A stretch of DNA of 64,000 nt from an uncultured Bacteroides sp. (GTDB taxonomy: Bacteria > Bacillota > Clostridia > Christensenellales > CAG-917), in assembly GCA_964644355.1 (NCBI GenBank), contig CAZXUW010000001.1:106060-170059 (forward strand), written 5' to 3'. Both the position numbers and the translations under genes were made by a program. The notes below the pieces were generated by a model. That model did no database searches. It saw nothing but the letters and a program-made list of their open reading frames with translations, and was not told the DNA's origin. Of this stretch, positions 46,745-56,497 are shown one piece after another (position 1 is the stretch's first letter; each line of letters opens with the position of its first letter).

Positions 46745-48274
46745 TTATTTCTCTTGCAAGCGCGACCTTTTTTGGCGGTGGTGAAGTCTGTTTGGTACAA
46801 ACAGTTGCAAAATCGCACTCACCTCAACGATGTTGAATACACTGCATGCCAAAAAGAAAAAGAATAGGATGTATACACCAACGACGATTATTGCAGTAAT
46901 GCTTGTTGCATGCCTCTCGAGCAGTTTTGCACAAAAGAGTGCAGTGAGTGCAATGGGGATGGAAAAGAGCATTGTAGCCGACGTCTTTTTGATGTCAACA
47001 AAGTTGCCCACTTCCTTGAAAAGGGTGATAAAATTAAGTATGGACGTAAGCAAAAAGCAGGAACCCATGCTCAACGCCATTGCATAAACGCCTATGTATT
47101 TGGGCAAAAAGAATATGCAAGGGAGCATCACCACACCGCCTGCAAGCGTGTGCAAAAGGGTGTTTTTTTCTTTGCCTAGAGCGTTCAGCATAGGCGTGGT
47201 GGCTTGTGCAAGGGCTATGGGGAAAAGCATAAGAGAGCAATAGGATACAAATCTGCCTGCTTCCTCGTCGGCAAAGAGTAGTTTGCCAAGGCTCTTGCCA
47301 AGAGATAAATACAGTGCAAAGAATACGCTTGCAATGATTGTGGCAAACAGCAGTGATGTGGCAAATTTGCTCTTTATTGCCGTTATATCGCCTTTTGAGC
47401 GAAGCCCTGCAACGTCGGGAAGAAATACGATGGACAACGCACTTATGAACGCCACAGGAGCCATAATCAAGGGTAGAGCCATGCCGGACACTCTACCGTA
47501 TTCTGCCGTTGCCATTTCAAGTGACATACCGCCTCTTACAAGCACTTTTGGAATGGCATATGCCGTTAAGGACGCAACAAGCGAGGTTATAATGCGTGTT
47601 GCAGAGAGGGGAAGCGTTCGCAAAGTCAGGTCTTTGAAGCCGTGCGGTTTTGCCAATCGTCCACCGCAAACAAAGTATAACACTGCGATCACGATCACGC
47701 ATAAGACATCGGATAAGGTCATTGCAAGGGCAATGCCGTACGCTCCCGAAATTGCGGATACCACTCCGCCTGCAAATATTGCGGATAGAGCAACCTTCAA
47801 GACCTCGTCAAGAAGCTCTGTGGAGGAAAATGCAACAAATTGCTTTCTGCCCCAAAACCAACTGCGTATGGAGGAATATATCGTTGTCGTGATCAGGGTG
47901 GGGAGCATAATGAAGAACAACGGCATGCTGTTGGGATTGGAAAAGATAGGCGAGAGTTTGCTGTTGAGTGCGTACATCACACCGCATATCACGCTTGAGG
48001 TGCAGACACCCATAACCAATGAGGCGGACAAAAAAGAGTTTTGCTTTTTGACGTCACCGAGGGCGGTTGCTTCGGCAATCTTTCTCGATAGAACGGTGGG
48101 TGCTCCTTGAGTGACGGTTAAGAGCATGGTAAGCACGCTCATTGCAATCTGGTATTGCCCCACCACTTCTGCCCCTAGGGTGTGTGACATCCACATCTTG
48201 AATGCAAAAGAAATAAGCCTTGTTACAATGGAAAAAACTATGACCACAGAAAAAGATTTTGCCGTTTTATTCAT
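46745..48274 (-). CDS. MOP-superfamily polysaccharide/lipid II flippase (SpoVB/YtgP/MurJ-like)
   Basis: 509 aa, about 14 TM segments, with an N-terminal pattern typical of this family (RLISFAFKMWMSHTLGAEVVGQYQ). Confidence 0.75.
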   Translation of the reverse strand: MNKTAKSFSVVIVFSIVTRLISFAFKMWMSHTLGAEVVGQYQIAMSVLTMLLTVTQGAPTVLSRKIAEATALGDVKKQNSFLSASLVMGVCTSSVICGVMYALNSKLSPIFSNPNSMPLFFIMLPTLITTTIYSSIRSWFWGRKQFVAFSSTELLDEVLKVALSAIFAGGVVSAISGAYGIALAMTLSDVLCVIVIAVLYFVCGGRLAKPHGFKDLTLRTLPLSATRIITSLVASLTAYAIPKVLVRGGMSLEMATAEYGRVSGMALPLIMAPVAFISALSIVFLPDVAGLRSKGDITAIKSKFATSLLFATIIASVFFALYLSLGKSLGKLLFADEEAGRFVSYCSLMLFPIALAQATTPMLNALGKEKNTLLHTLAGGVVMLPCIFFLPKYIGVYAMALSMGSCFLLTSILNFITLFKEVGNFVDIKKTSATMLFSIPIALTALFCAKLLERHATSITAIIVVGVYILFFFFLACSVFNIVEVSAILQLFVPNRLHHRQKRSRLQEK

Positions 48275-48312
48275 AGTAAAAGACTATGTTCTTAATTAAT
48301 TAATTATTAATT

Positions 48313-48345
48313 AAAAAAAGCGTCCGCCGATTGGCGAACGCTTTT
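48313..48345 (-). terminator. Rho-independent terminator of the giant surface-protein gene
   Basis: On the minus strand: stem AAGCGTTCGCC/GGCGGACGCTT with one mismatch, then a 7-T run. Confidence 0.75.
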
Positions 48346-48358
48346 AGGTTTGATCTGA

Positions 48359-51300
48359 TTATTCTTTGTTCTCGTCGTACTTGTCATGCTTTGTGTCAAG
48401 TGACGGTGTTTCTTTGATGGTTGCAACTTTCTTTTCAACTTTCTTTGCAACCGGCTTCTTCACCTTGCGTACCAAGTAAACGATGAGCACTATGATGATG
48501 AGCAATCCGAGCACGATTGTCGGAACCATCCACCACAAGTATTCGGTGTTGAATCCGCTTGATGTCGGTGTCTCGTCTTTTTCCTCGTCTTCGTCGCTCT
48601 TGCCTGACGTCTCGTTGGAAACTGTTCTCTTGAGCACGAGGTCGGAGTCTGTTGCCGATTCAAATGTTTCCTCATCAACCTTTTCGACTGCTACGTCATC
48701 AAAGAATGCATAGCCTCTTGTGAGACCGTAGAGGATGTCGTCGTCATCTTCATCTTCAACTGCGTTGCCGAGTGAGAGTTTGACTGTTACGCTTGTCACG
48801 TCCTCGTCGAGAGTTTGGATATAGAAGGAGTATTGTGTCCATTCGCCCTCTGTCTTGATTGCTTTGAAGATGAACGGATTGTCGCTTTCGTTTGCAGAGC
48901 CGAGGTAGAGCTCGACGTTTGCACCGATGTGCTCGTCATCGTCTGTCTTGCCTGCGATCTTGAGAGTTCTCACCCACACGCTGACTTTGTAGAAGCTGTC
49001 CTCTTTGAGAGTCATTGAACTGCTGGTGTAAGTGTATTGATTCTCTCTTGTGTTGTTGATGACAAGTGCTTGGTGACCGCTCTTTGAGAGAAGCTCGCTC
49101 AAAGTGATCCAGTTGGCTTTTTTCAATGCATCTGCTTTTGCTTGCTTGAGAGCCAAGATTTCGTCATCGCTCTTGCCTGCAATTTCGCTATCTGTGAGCT
49201 TGAGCTCGTCATCATCGCTGTCTACGTCATAGTCTTTGCCGAGGATGTCGATGTAGTTGACTTTGTTGCCGTCCACTTCGAGCTCTCTGTCAGAGGTCAA
49301 GAAGTTGCCGTCGATGTAGATGACACCGCCCTTTGTGTAACTGCTCTTTGTGCCGGATGCACTGCCCACTGTGCCTGTCCAACCGCTTGGGGAGGAGAGG
49401 GAGTCTCTTGAGCTTGTTGTTGAGGACAAGGAGTCAAAGCTATCAACTGTGAAGGAGAGCTTTTTGACTGTGTTGCCTTCTGTTGCACTGTCAAAATCAT
49501 CCTCGTCGATTGTTTGATAAACAACGTTGTCGAAGAATGCAACGCCTGCTGATTTGAGAGAATCTTCAGTGATGTGCTCGTCAATTGCAACGTAGTCTTT
49601 GTTTTGACCAAGCCAGAGATTGAGCTTGACTGAAACGCTGTTGTTGCCTGTTGCAAGATAGTAGACGTAGTTTGTCCAATCTGCATAGTCACTTGCCGTG
49701 CTTGTGACGACAAACGTGCTGTTTGTGCCTTCTGCAACTGCAGATTCACCAGTGAGGTAGATAGATGCGGTTGCACTGTTGACTGTCTTAACCCATACTG
49801 AGAGCTTGTAGAAGCCGTTTGCGGAGAGGCTCAAGCTTTGTGAAGTGTAGCCTGCTGCATATACCTCGCTATCCTTTGAACCGATTGCAAGGAGTTGTCC
49901 TTTCTTGCCCGGAAGAACGTTGTAGAGCTCGCCGGAGAGGGATTCAAAGCTTGGATAGAAGTCGGTGCCGATGATGCCCGGAAGCACTGCGTTTGATTGT
50001 GTTGTGCCTTCAAAGCTCTTGCCGTTGTCATTGCTGTTGAGAGCGATGATACCTGCGATGAGGCTGGAATCTGCCGTGTTCGGCTTGAGTGTCTTGTCGC
50101 TGAATGTCCAGCTTGACGGTGTGCCTGCAACTGTTTGCTCATTGAGTGGTTTGGACTCCTCAAGATTGTCGTCGCTTTCGTCATACTCGTCAAAGCTACC
50201 GTTTGTGAATGTGTAGGTTGCGTTGCTGTCTGCAAGGTTGACGCTCTTTGTGTAAGTGCCTGTTGTTGCTCCCTTGTAGGTGGAGTAGTCAATCACAGAA
50301 CCATTGATGTTGGTCACAAACACAGAACCGCTTGTCAATGTCTCGGATGCCCAACGATTGCCTGTGCCAAGCGTGAGCTTGAGTGCAACGTTGCTGACGT
50401 CCTTTTGGTTGCCACGGATGTAGATTGTAAGCTCGCACCAATCGTTGAGATACTCATCAAAGCCGTCTTTATCGTTGGTGTTGATTTGTGTGAATGAGGT
50501 GAGTGTTGCGTCCTCGTCATCCGTGTCGATGAGATAGACGTATGCACCGCTTGTGGACTTGACGTCAATTGTCTTTACCCACAAGGAAACACGGTAGTAG
50601 CCGTTCTTTTCGATAGCAAAAGATGGAGTTTGCACTTCATAGTAGCTGTCGTTTGAAGCATGGAGCTGATATGCAACCTTGTTTTCAATGTCGTAAGGAA
50701 GCTCCGGATACGTGCCTGTGCCGTTGAAGCTAGCTTCGTCTGCAACGTTCACAACACCTTCGCTGATGAAGTTGGAGATGACAGGGTTGCTCTTGTCTGT
50801 TGTGTCATAATTTGACGTCCAACCGGTAGGTGCACCCGTGCCAATCTTTTCAACTGCGGAATTGGTCGTTGCGTCTGAACCTGCCAAAGCACTGAAGATG
50901 TTTGTTGAAGTGAGGTCAACGCAAAGTGCGGTGTATGCACTCATGCCTGCTTCTGCAATGTCGAGTGATTGATCGGTGTTTGCACCGAGGATGCTTTCGT
51001 CAGGGGAGGGGAGAGAGGAGATCTCTTGCAAATTGAGTTCGTCAATGAACACCCAACCCGTTGAGAAAGTGCCGTTTGCGGTGTAAGTTGTTTGGTTATT
51101 TCCGTTTGTGTTGGTGTAGCTGAAAGCTGTGTTGGAGTTGGTGCCTTCCGTGCCAAGCCAAATTGCCATTGTGTAGTTGTAATCTTTGTATTGGTTGCCT
51201 TGGATGTAGAAGGTGTATTTTTGCCAACCGTCGGTGGATGCACCGTTGTCCGTGCCTTGATCGTGGCAAGTGTCGTCAATGATCGTGTTGCCGATAAGAG

Positions 51301-52657
51301 CGCTGTCGGACGGCTTTGTGGAGATACCCTTGATTGTGATGTCTTTGCCGTCTGAACCGGTGAGAACCAAGGATACGCCTGCACCATGCACTGCGTAGGT
51401 GTACAAATTGACGGAGATCTCGTATGTCTTGTTCTTCTCAATCGTGATGGAGCGTGAGGACTTGATGCCTTGTGCCGTCATCAATTGTTGAGAGAGCATA
51501 AACACGTTGGAGCCGACAGTCTTGTCACCGAGTGTTGTGATTGTGTCTTGGATGTTGACAAGAGCATCTGCAGGCACATAGGACTTTGTCGTTGTGCTTG
51601 CGCCGTCGTATACATAGTAAGTTGAGGAATACTTTTTGTAATTGTCACCAAACTTTGCAACGTCGATGATGCCGTTGTAACCAAGAGATGTCGGAGCAGA
51701 GTCGCTCTCACCGCTGTTGCCCTTCACCAAGGACCAACCGTTTGGCGTGCCGGATGAGGAGATTGTGGTTGTGCCAAAGTCAAAACGACCGTTGGACACT
51801 TTGAGTGTAGCGGTTGTGATGTTGTCGTCTTTGTTGAGCTCTTTTGCAACTGCGTCGTCGTACATCGTCTTGCCGTTCTCGTCGATTTTCACAAGAGAAA
51901 GGTTGTCAAACACAGCATAACCTGTGGTGAGACCTGTTGTGTAAGATGCGGAATATTTGCCAAGTCCGAGCATGACGCTCAACGTTGTAGAGGAGGACGG
52001 GGAGGACTCGATGATGATTGTGTAAGTCTTCCATTGACCGTTTGTGTCAATGCCGTCAAATTCTGCATACGTGTTGGAGCTGACGTAGATGCGAGCACCA
52101 CGATCTTCTTCGTTGCTTCCGCCGATGTTGTGTGTGAGAACGTCAACGGTGAGCTTGTAGTAAGAACCTCTTGCGAGGGTAAACGTTGAAGAAGTGTAAC
52201 CGTAAGCCGTGGGGCCATAGATCTTGTCGCCGTCGTCATCCGTGGATGCCGTTGGCATATACACCATCATGGCGTTTTTGATGTCGTCATTGTCATATCT
52301 TCCGTTTGCGGTGAGAAGATTGTAGAGAGTGTCGTCATCATCATCCCATTTGCTCTTGTTTTGGTCATAAGCTGTCTTGTCAAGACTGATGGCACCGGAG
52401 ATGACGTCATCATTGTAGTTGCCGGAAGAATACATTTTTCCGCCGGTCCAGCTTGTGATGGAGCTTGGATAAGATGTTGTTGATCCGACCACTTTGAAGT
52501 CACCGTTTGAAATGAGCAAATCTTTGGTTGCTTCAATGGTTTCCGTTGTGCCGGAAGGTGTTTCTTCGTCTGTGTTGCAGGCGACTAGCATGCACGATGT
52601 GAGGGCAATGACTGCAATCATCAAGAGTGCTAAAACTAAAAATTTCTTCTTGTTCAT
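48359..52657 (-). CDS. Giant (1432-aa) cell-surface protein: N-terminal lipoprotein signal, five CBM4/9/22-like jelly-roll modules, acidic linkers and a C-terminal TM anchor
   Basis: The lipobox is LTSCMLVAC. Module starts recur (SNGDF, SNGRFDF, TNGSFDE, ...GW). Core strands recur (YYKLTVDVLT, YEISVNLYT, YYRVSLWVKT, FYKLSVWVKT, FYKVSVWVRT). The C-terminus is WWMVPTIVLGLLIIIVLIVYLVRKVKK plus a Lys-rich tail. Confidence 0.7.
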   Translation of the reverse strand: MNKKKFLVLALLMIAVIALTSCMLVACNTDEETPSGTTETIEATKDLLISNGDFKVVGSTTSYPSSITSWTGGKMYSSGNYNDDVISGAISLDKTAYDQNKSKWDDDDDTLYNLLTANGRYDNDDIKNAMMVYMPTASTDDDGDKIYGPTAYGYTSSTFTLARGSYYKLTVDVLTHNIGGSNEEDRGARIYVSSNTYAEFDGIDTNGQWKTYTIIIESSPSSSTTLSVMLGLGKYSASYTTGLTTGYAVFDNLSLVKIDENGKTMYDDAVAKELNKDDNITTATLKVSNGRFDFGTTTISSSGTPNGWSLVKGNSGESDSAPTSLGYNGIIDVAKFGDNYKKYSSTYYVYDGASTTTKSYVPADALVNIQDTITTLGDKTVGSNVFMLSQQLMTAQGIKSSRSITIEKNKTYEISVNLYTYAVHGAGVSLVLTGSDGKDITIKGISTKPSDSALIGNTIIDDTCHDQGTDNGASTDGWQKYTFYIQGNQYKDYNYTMAIWLGTEGTNSNTAFSYTNTNGNNQTTYTANGTFSTGWVFIDELNLQEISSLPSPDESILGANTDQSLDIAEAGMSAYTALCVDLTSTNIFSALAGSDATTNSAVEKIGTGAPTGWTSNYDTTDKSNPVISNFISEGVVNVADEASFNGTGTYPELPYDIENKVAYQLHASNDSYYEVQTPSFAIEKNGYYRVSLWVKTIDVKSTSGAYVYLIDTDDEDATLTSFTQINTNDKDGFDEYLNDWCELTIYIRGNQKDVSNVALKLTLGTGNRWASETLTSGSVFVTNINGSVIDYSTYKGATTGTYTKSVNLADSNATYTFTNGSFDEYDESDDNLEESKPLNEQTVAGTPSSWTFSDKTLKPNTADSSLIAGIIALNSNDNGKSFEGTTQSNAVLPGIIGTDFYPSFESLSGELYNVLPGKKGQLLAIGSKDSEVYAAGYTSQSLSLSANGFYKLSVWVKTVNSATASIYLTGESAVAEGTNSTFVVTSTASDYADWTNYVYYLATGNNSVSVKLNLWLGQNKDYVAIDEHITEDSLKSAGVAFFDNVVYQTIDEDDFDSATEGNTVKKLSFTVDSFDSLSSTTSSRDSLSSPSGWTGTVGSASGTKSSYTKGGVIYIDGNFLTSDRELEVDGNKVNYIDILGKDYDVDSDDDELKLTDSEIAGKSDDEILALKQAKADALKKANWITLSELLSKSGHQALVINNTRENQYTYTSSSMTLKEDSFYKVSVWVRTLKIAGKTDDDEHIGANVELYLGSANESDNPFIFKAIKTEGEWTQYSFYIQTLDEDVTSVTVKLSLGNAVEDEDDDDILYGLTRGYAFFDDVAVEKVDEETFESATDSDLVLKRTVSNETSGKSDEDEEKDETPTSSGFNTEYLWWMVPTIVLGLLIIIVLIVYLVRKVKKPVAKKVEKKVATIKETPSLDTKHDKYDENKE

Positions 52658-52907
52658 ACCAAACCTTTATAAGATTTATTTTGTTCGGACTTGCGTCCGT
52701 TTGATGTACCCATTGACTTCAATACACGCACACACATACGTATATTCTTATCAATATGCTTTAATATCCTAATACAAAATCAATATTTTGGCAATCAAAA
52801 TTCATACTTTCTCGCAAATTAATAAAACTATAATTATGCAAAATAGCAAAATCGACACAAAAATTATAACACAAAAACCCTTTGTGTATACAAACAAAGG
52901 GGAAAAC

Positions 52908-53267
52908 GTGAGTGCAATCAAGAAGATTCTGCTGGTCGTCATTGGTGTTTTTATAGGCGGAATCAACGGATTTTTCGGTGCCGGAGGCGGAATGCTCTTG
53001 GTGCCGGCACTCACCCTTGTTTTGGGGCTTGAGCAAAAGAGGGCACACGCAACGGCAATTGCGATTATACTTCCGCTCTGTGCAATAAGCTCGATCACGT
53101 ATGCTCTCAAAGCGGACTTTGATTGGAGCATTGTTTTCCCTACGATTGTTGGAGTTACGTTGGGTGGAATATTGGGGGCAACTCTGCTCAAAAAGATGTC
53201 CAACGACGTGCTTACTTTCATCTTTTATTCGCTTATGTTGTTTGCGGGCTTAAAAATGATATTTTGA
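52908..53267 (+). CDS. TauE/SafE-family anion exporter, half-size subunit 1
   Basis: I chose the GTG start at 52908, after AAAGGGGA. GGINGFFGAGGGMLLVPAL is the family signature. It is 119 aa, about half a canonical TauE. Confidence 0.7.
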   Translation: MSAIKKILLVVIGVFIGGINGFFGAGGGMLLVPALTLVLGLEQKRAHATAIAIILPLCAISSITYALKADFDWSIVFPTIVGVTLGGILGATLLKKMSNDVLTFIFYSLMLFAGLKMIF

Positions 53268-53336
53268 CAAAAAGCGGTGTTTATTGTGCGAAATTGTACG
53301 ATAAAGTGTTGTTTTTGCCAATAAAATGAGGTGTTT

Positions 53337-53732
53337 ATGCAATTTATATTTTTTGTTTTGGCAGGCTTGCTCGGCGGTGTTCTTGCTGGTATGGGTATGG
53401 GTGGAGGAACGCTCACTTTGCCTATTTTGGTGCTTGTTATGCAAGTGGAACAGCTCACGGCACAGTTTGCAAATCTCATTGCTTTTTTGCCGTCCGGATC
53501 TGCGTCTTTGCTTGTGCATATCAAGAACGGACTTGTTGAAAAGAAGGGTGTTGCACTCCTGCTTTTTCCCTCTGTTTTTTCTTGTGCGGTGAGCTCTTAT
53601 TTTGCATCTTCTATCGAGGGAGATTTGCTTAAAAAGCTTTTCGGCGGATTTTTGGTGATAGTGGCACTCGCTTCGTTTGTTAGCAAAAGTTTTTTCGAAG
53701 ACGGAATCAGAGTCGCAAGGAGGCGACCATAG
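53337..53732 (+). CDS. TauE/SafE-family anion exporter, half-size subunit 2
   Basis: MQFIFFVLAGLLGGVLAGMGMGGGTLTLPILV is a second copy of the signature. GAGG lies 5 nt before the ATG at 53337. Confidence 0.7.
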   Translation: MQFIFFVLAGLLGGVLAGMGMGGGTLTLPILVLVMQVEQLTAQFANLIAFLPSGSASLLVHIKNGLVEKKGVALLLFPSVFSCAVSSYFASSIEGDLLKKLFGGFLVIVALASFVSKSFFEDGIRVARRRP

Positions 53733-53995
53733 CGAACGCCGAGCTTGACGTTTAGTACGAGCGACTGTGTCGTCCATTGACTACTGCATGGCACACAAAG
53801 CGAAGTGGCAGAGCTTTCAGCTATTTATATTGCAGAACGCACGTTCAGCGCTTGCTGCTCGTTCTAGCAACGAGCTAGCAATCGCTACCACATGTCGATT
53901 GCGTCGGTGTATCCTCGTGCGAAGCACTTGCCGCGGGTTTCCTTTTAAGGGGGAACGGCAATAGGGGAAACACCTGAGGAAGGGAGGAAGCTTCA
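53733..53995. other. GC-rich, stem-loop-rich non-coding block upstream of the rnf promoter
   Basis: It has no credible ORF or RBS. It holds several short hairpins (GCTCGTT-ctagc-AACGAGC at 53857-53875; GCAATCG...CGATTGC at 53878-53902; GTGC-gaa-GCAC). Its composition is clearly richer in G+C than the flanking AT-rich promoter DNA. Confidence 0.5.
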
Positions 53996-54051
53996 ATTTT
54001 AATTTATTGATGCGGAATTGATTATTTTAGCAAAAACATAAAAATTGGGTA

Positions 54052-54080
54052 TTTACATTGTAAGTTTTATATTGTATAAT
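54052..54080 (+). promoter_or_regulatory. Sigma-A promoter of the rnf operon
   Basis: TTTACA (54052-54057), 17-nt spacer, TATAAT (54075-54080). Confidence 0.6.
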
Positions 54081-54111
54081 TCTATAAGATAAGAGTTATA
54101 AGGATGGAGTT

Positions 54112-55416
54112 ATGACAATTCCGTATAGAACTTTTCGTAGGGGTATACATCCCCCTGCCAGCAAATTTACAAAGGACGTTTCGCTTGAGGAGTTTCCAAT
54201 TCCCGAGCGTGTTTTTATTCCTTTGAGCCAGCACATAGGTGCTCCTGCAAAAGCGGTGGTCAACATCGGTGATCACGTTGACGAGGGGCAACTTATAGGT
54301 GAGGCACAAGGCTATGTTTCCGCAAACGTATTTTCTTCCGTATCAGGCACTGTCAAGGGGTTTGTCACCCTCCCAAATGCCGTTGGACAGGACGTTTTGC
54401 ATGTGGAAATTCAAAACGACTTTCTCTACATCAAATCCAGACTGGAGCCATTGCGTGATCCCTCCAAAGAGGAGATTATTCAGCGTGTCAAAGACGCCGG
54501 CATCGTGGGCATGGGCGGTGCTTCCTTCCCAACTCACGTCAAGCTTCAGCCAAAAGATAAGGTGGATACACTCATCATCAACGGAGCTGAATGCGAGCCG
54601 TACATCACCTGCGACTATAGGCTTTTCATCGAGTATGCAGAGACCATCGTCAAGGGTATAAAGCTTCTTATGAAGGCACTTGAGGTTGACCATGCCTACG
54701 TCGGCATCGAGTCAAACAAACCGCTTGCCATCAAGCGTATGGCAGAGATTGTGCCCAACAACGTTGACGTCATGCGTCTCAAGGCAAAATATCCGCAAGG
54801 AGCGGAAAAACAGCTTATTTTTGCAATCACACGCAGAGTTGTGCCCACGGGCGAGCTTCCCGCAAAGGTGGGTTGCGTGGTTGTCAACGCACACACCGCA
54901 TATGCCGTTGCAAGGGCGGTGTACAAGGGAGAGACGCTTTACAAGCGTGCAATGACGATTTCGGGTGCAGGCGTCCGCAAGAGAGGCAATTTCTGGGTTC
55001 GCAACGGCACGACCTATCAGTTTATTTACGACAATACTAGAGATGACAAGAAGGAGGAGAGCACTCGCAAGGTTGTCAGCGGAGGTCCTATGATGGGCTT
55101 TGCTCAAGCCACGCTTGAACCTGCTTGTGCAAAAGGCACTTCCTGTCTGTTGTTCCTCAAGAAAAATGAGTTCAATACAAGCCCAACCACTCCGTGCATA
55201 AGTTGCGGAAAGTGCATACTCAACTGTCCGATGTCTCTCGTTCCCAGAGAGATTGAAAACTCGGTTGACAAGGGCGACTTTGAGGTTGCAAACAAGCTTG
55301 GCGTGCTCAACTGCATAGAGTGCGGAGCATGTGCCTATTCTTGTCCTGCAAAAAGACCGCTTGTGCAGACAATGCGTCTTGCCAAGAAAGAGATTAAAGC
55401 AAGGGGGATAAAGTGA
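54112..55416 (+). CDS. rnfC: Rnf electron transport complex subunit C
   Basis: The N-terminus is FRRGIHPP. It has the NADH/FMN-binding region GMGGASFPTHVK and two 4Fe-4S motifs (CISCGKCILNCP, CIECGACAYSCP). Confidence 0.93.
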   Translation: MTIPYRTFRRGIHPPASKFTKDVSLEEFPIPERVFIPLSQHIGAPAKAVVNIGDHVDEGQLIGEAQGYVSANVFSSVSGTVKGFVTLPNAVGQDVLHVEIQNDFLYIKSRLEPLRDPSKEEIIQRVKDAGIVGMGGASFPTHVKLQPKDKVDTLIINGAECEPYITCDYRLFIEYAETIVKGIKLLMKALEVDHAYVGIESNKPLAIKRMAEIVPNNVDVMRLKAKYPQGAEKQLIFAITRRVVPTGELPAKVGCVVVNAHTAYAVARAVYKGETLYKRAMTISGAGVRKRGNFWVRNGTTYQFIYDNTRDDKKEESTRKVVSGGPMMGFAQATLEPACAKGTSCLLFLKKNEFNTSPTTPCISCGKCILNCPMSLVPREIENSVDKGDFEVANKLGVLNCIECGACAYSCPAKRPLVQTMRLAKKEIKARGIK

Positions 55417-55417
55417 T

Positions 55418-56497
55418 ATGGCTTCAAAGTATATAGTATCCTCCTCTCCGCATATTTCGACGCCGATGACAACAAGACGAATGATGCTTGACGTCATCAT
55501 CGCACTCATCCCCGCAACAATTGCATCTGTGTTGCTATACGGATTTTATCCGCTATGCATGATGGTGCTCTGCGTGGGGAGTTGTGTGTTTTCAGAGTGG
55601 CTGTTCAATCTCATCGGCAAGCGTTATCAGAGCGTTGGCGACTTGTCTGCAATCGTCACCGGCATGATATTGTCACTCAATCTTCCGCCGGTGGTGCCAT
55701 TCTACGTGCCAATCGTGGGCGGTATCTTTGCTATATTGGTTGTCAAAATGCTCTTTGGCGGTATCGGCAAAAACTTTGCAAACCCTGCAATCACGGCTCG
55801 TATATTCCTCATGCTTTGCTGGACGGGAGTTATGACGAGCTTTGTTGAGCCTATAGACTTGTCGGATGCAAGCAACTTATTCTCATTCTTTGGCAACGTT
55901 GTCAATACCGATATAAGTGCAATCACATCGGCAACTCCGCTTGCAGGCGTAAAGGAGAGTATTTCGGCAGGCACAAATCCTGCAGAGGGCTTGAGTGCAT
56001 TGGATATGTTCCTTGGCAGAATAGGCGGTAGTGCAGGCGAGGTGTGTTCTCTTGCCGTGCTTATAGGTGGAGTGTATTTGCTCATTCGCAAGGTCATCGA
56101 CTGGCGTATTCCTGCTCTGTACGTTGGCTCCGTTGCGGTGTTCACGGCAATATTCTTTGCAAATTCACAATACGTTGGCAAATACGTGTGGACGTATCTT
56201 CTTGGCGGAGGTCTTTGGTTTGGTGCTTTCTTTATGGCAACGGACTATGCCACCTCTCCAAAATCTTGCCTTGCCGTTGTCATATACGGTATCGGTATGG
56301 GCTTCTTTACGGTGATATTCAGGAAGTTCGGCACTATGAGCGAGGGCGTATCCTTCTCCATATTGCTCATGAACATTCTCACACCGCTTCTTGACAGAAT
56401 TATGCCCAGAGCTTTTGGCGCTCCAAAGAAGATCAACGTTGCAAAGCGTGTTGCTCGCAAGCGTAAAGAAAAACTTGAGGGGGTGCAAAATGACTGA
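55418..56497 (+). CDS. rnfD: Rnf complex subunit D
   Basis: This polytopic membrane protein has SSPHI..., FANPAITARIFL and the FMN-attachment region FFMATDYATSP. Confidence 0.92.
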   Translation: MASKYIVSSSPHISTPMTTRRMMLDVIIALIPATIASVLLYGFYPLCMMVLCVGSCVFSEWLFNLIGKRYQSVGDLSAIVTGMILSLNLPPVVPFYVPIVGGIFAILVVKMLFGGIGKNFANPAITARIFLMLCWTGVMTSFVEPIDLSDASNLFSFFGNVVNTDISAITSATPLAGVKESISAGTNPAEGLSALDMFLGRIGGSAGEVCSLAVLIGGVYLLIRKVIDWRIPALYVGSVAVFTAIFFANSQYVGKYVWTYLLGGGLWFGAFFMATDYATSPKSCLAVVIYGIGMGFFTVIFRKFGTMSEGVSFSILLMNILTPLLDRIMPRAFGAPKKINVAKRVARKRKEKLEGVQND

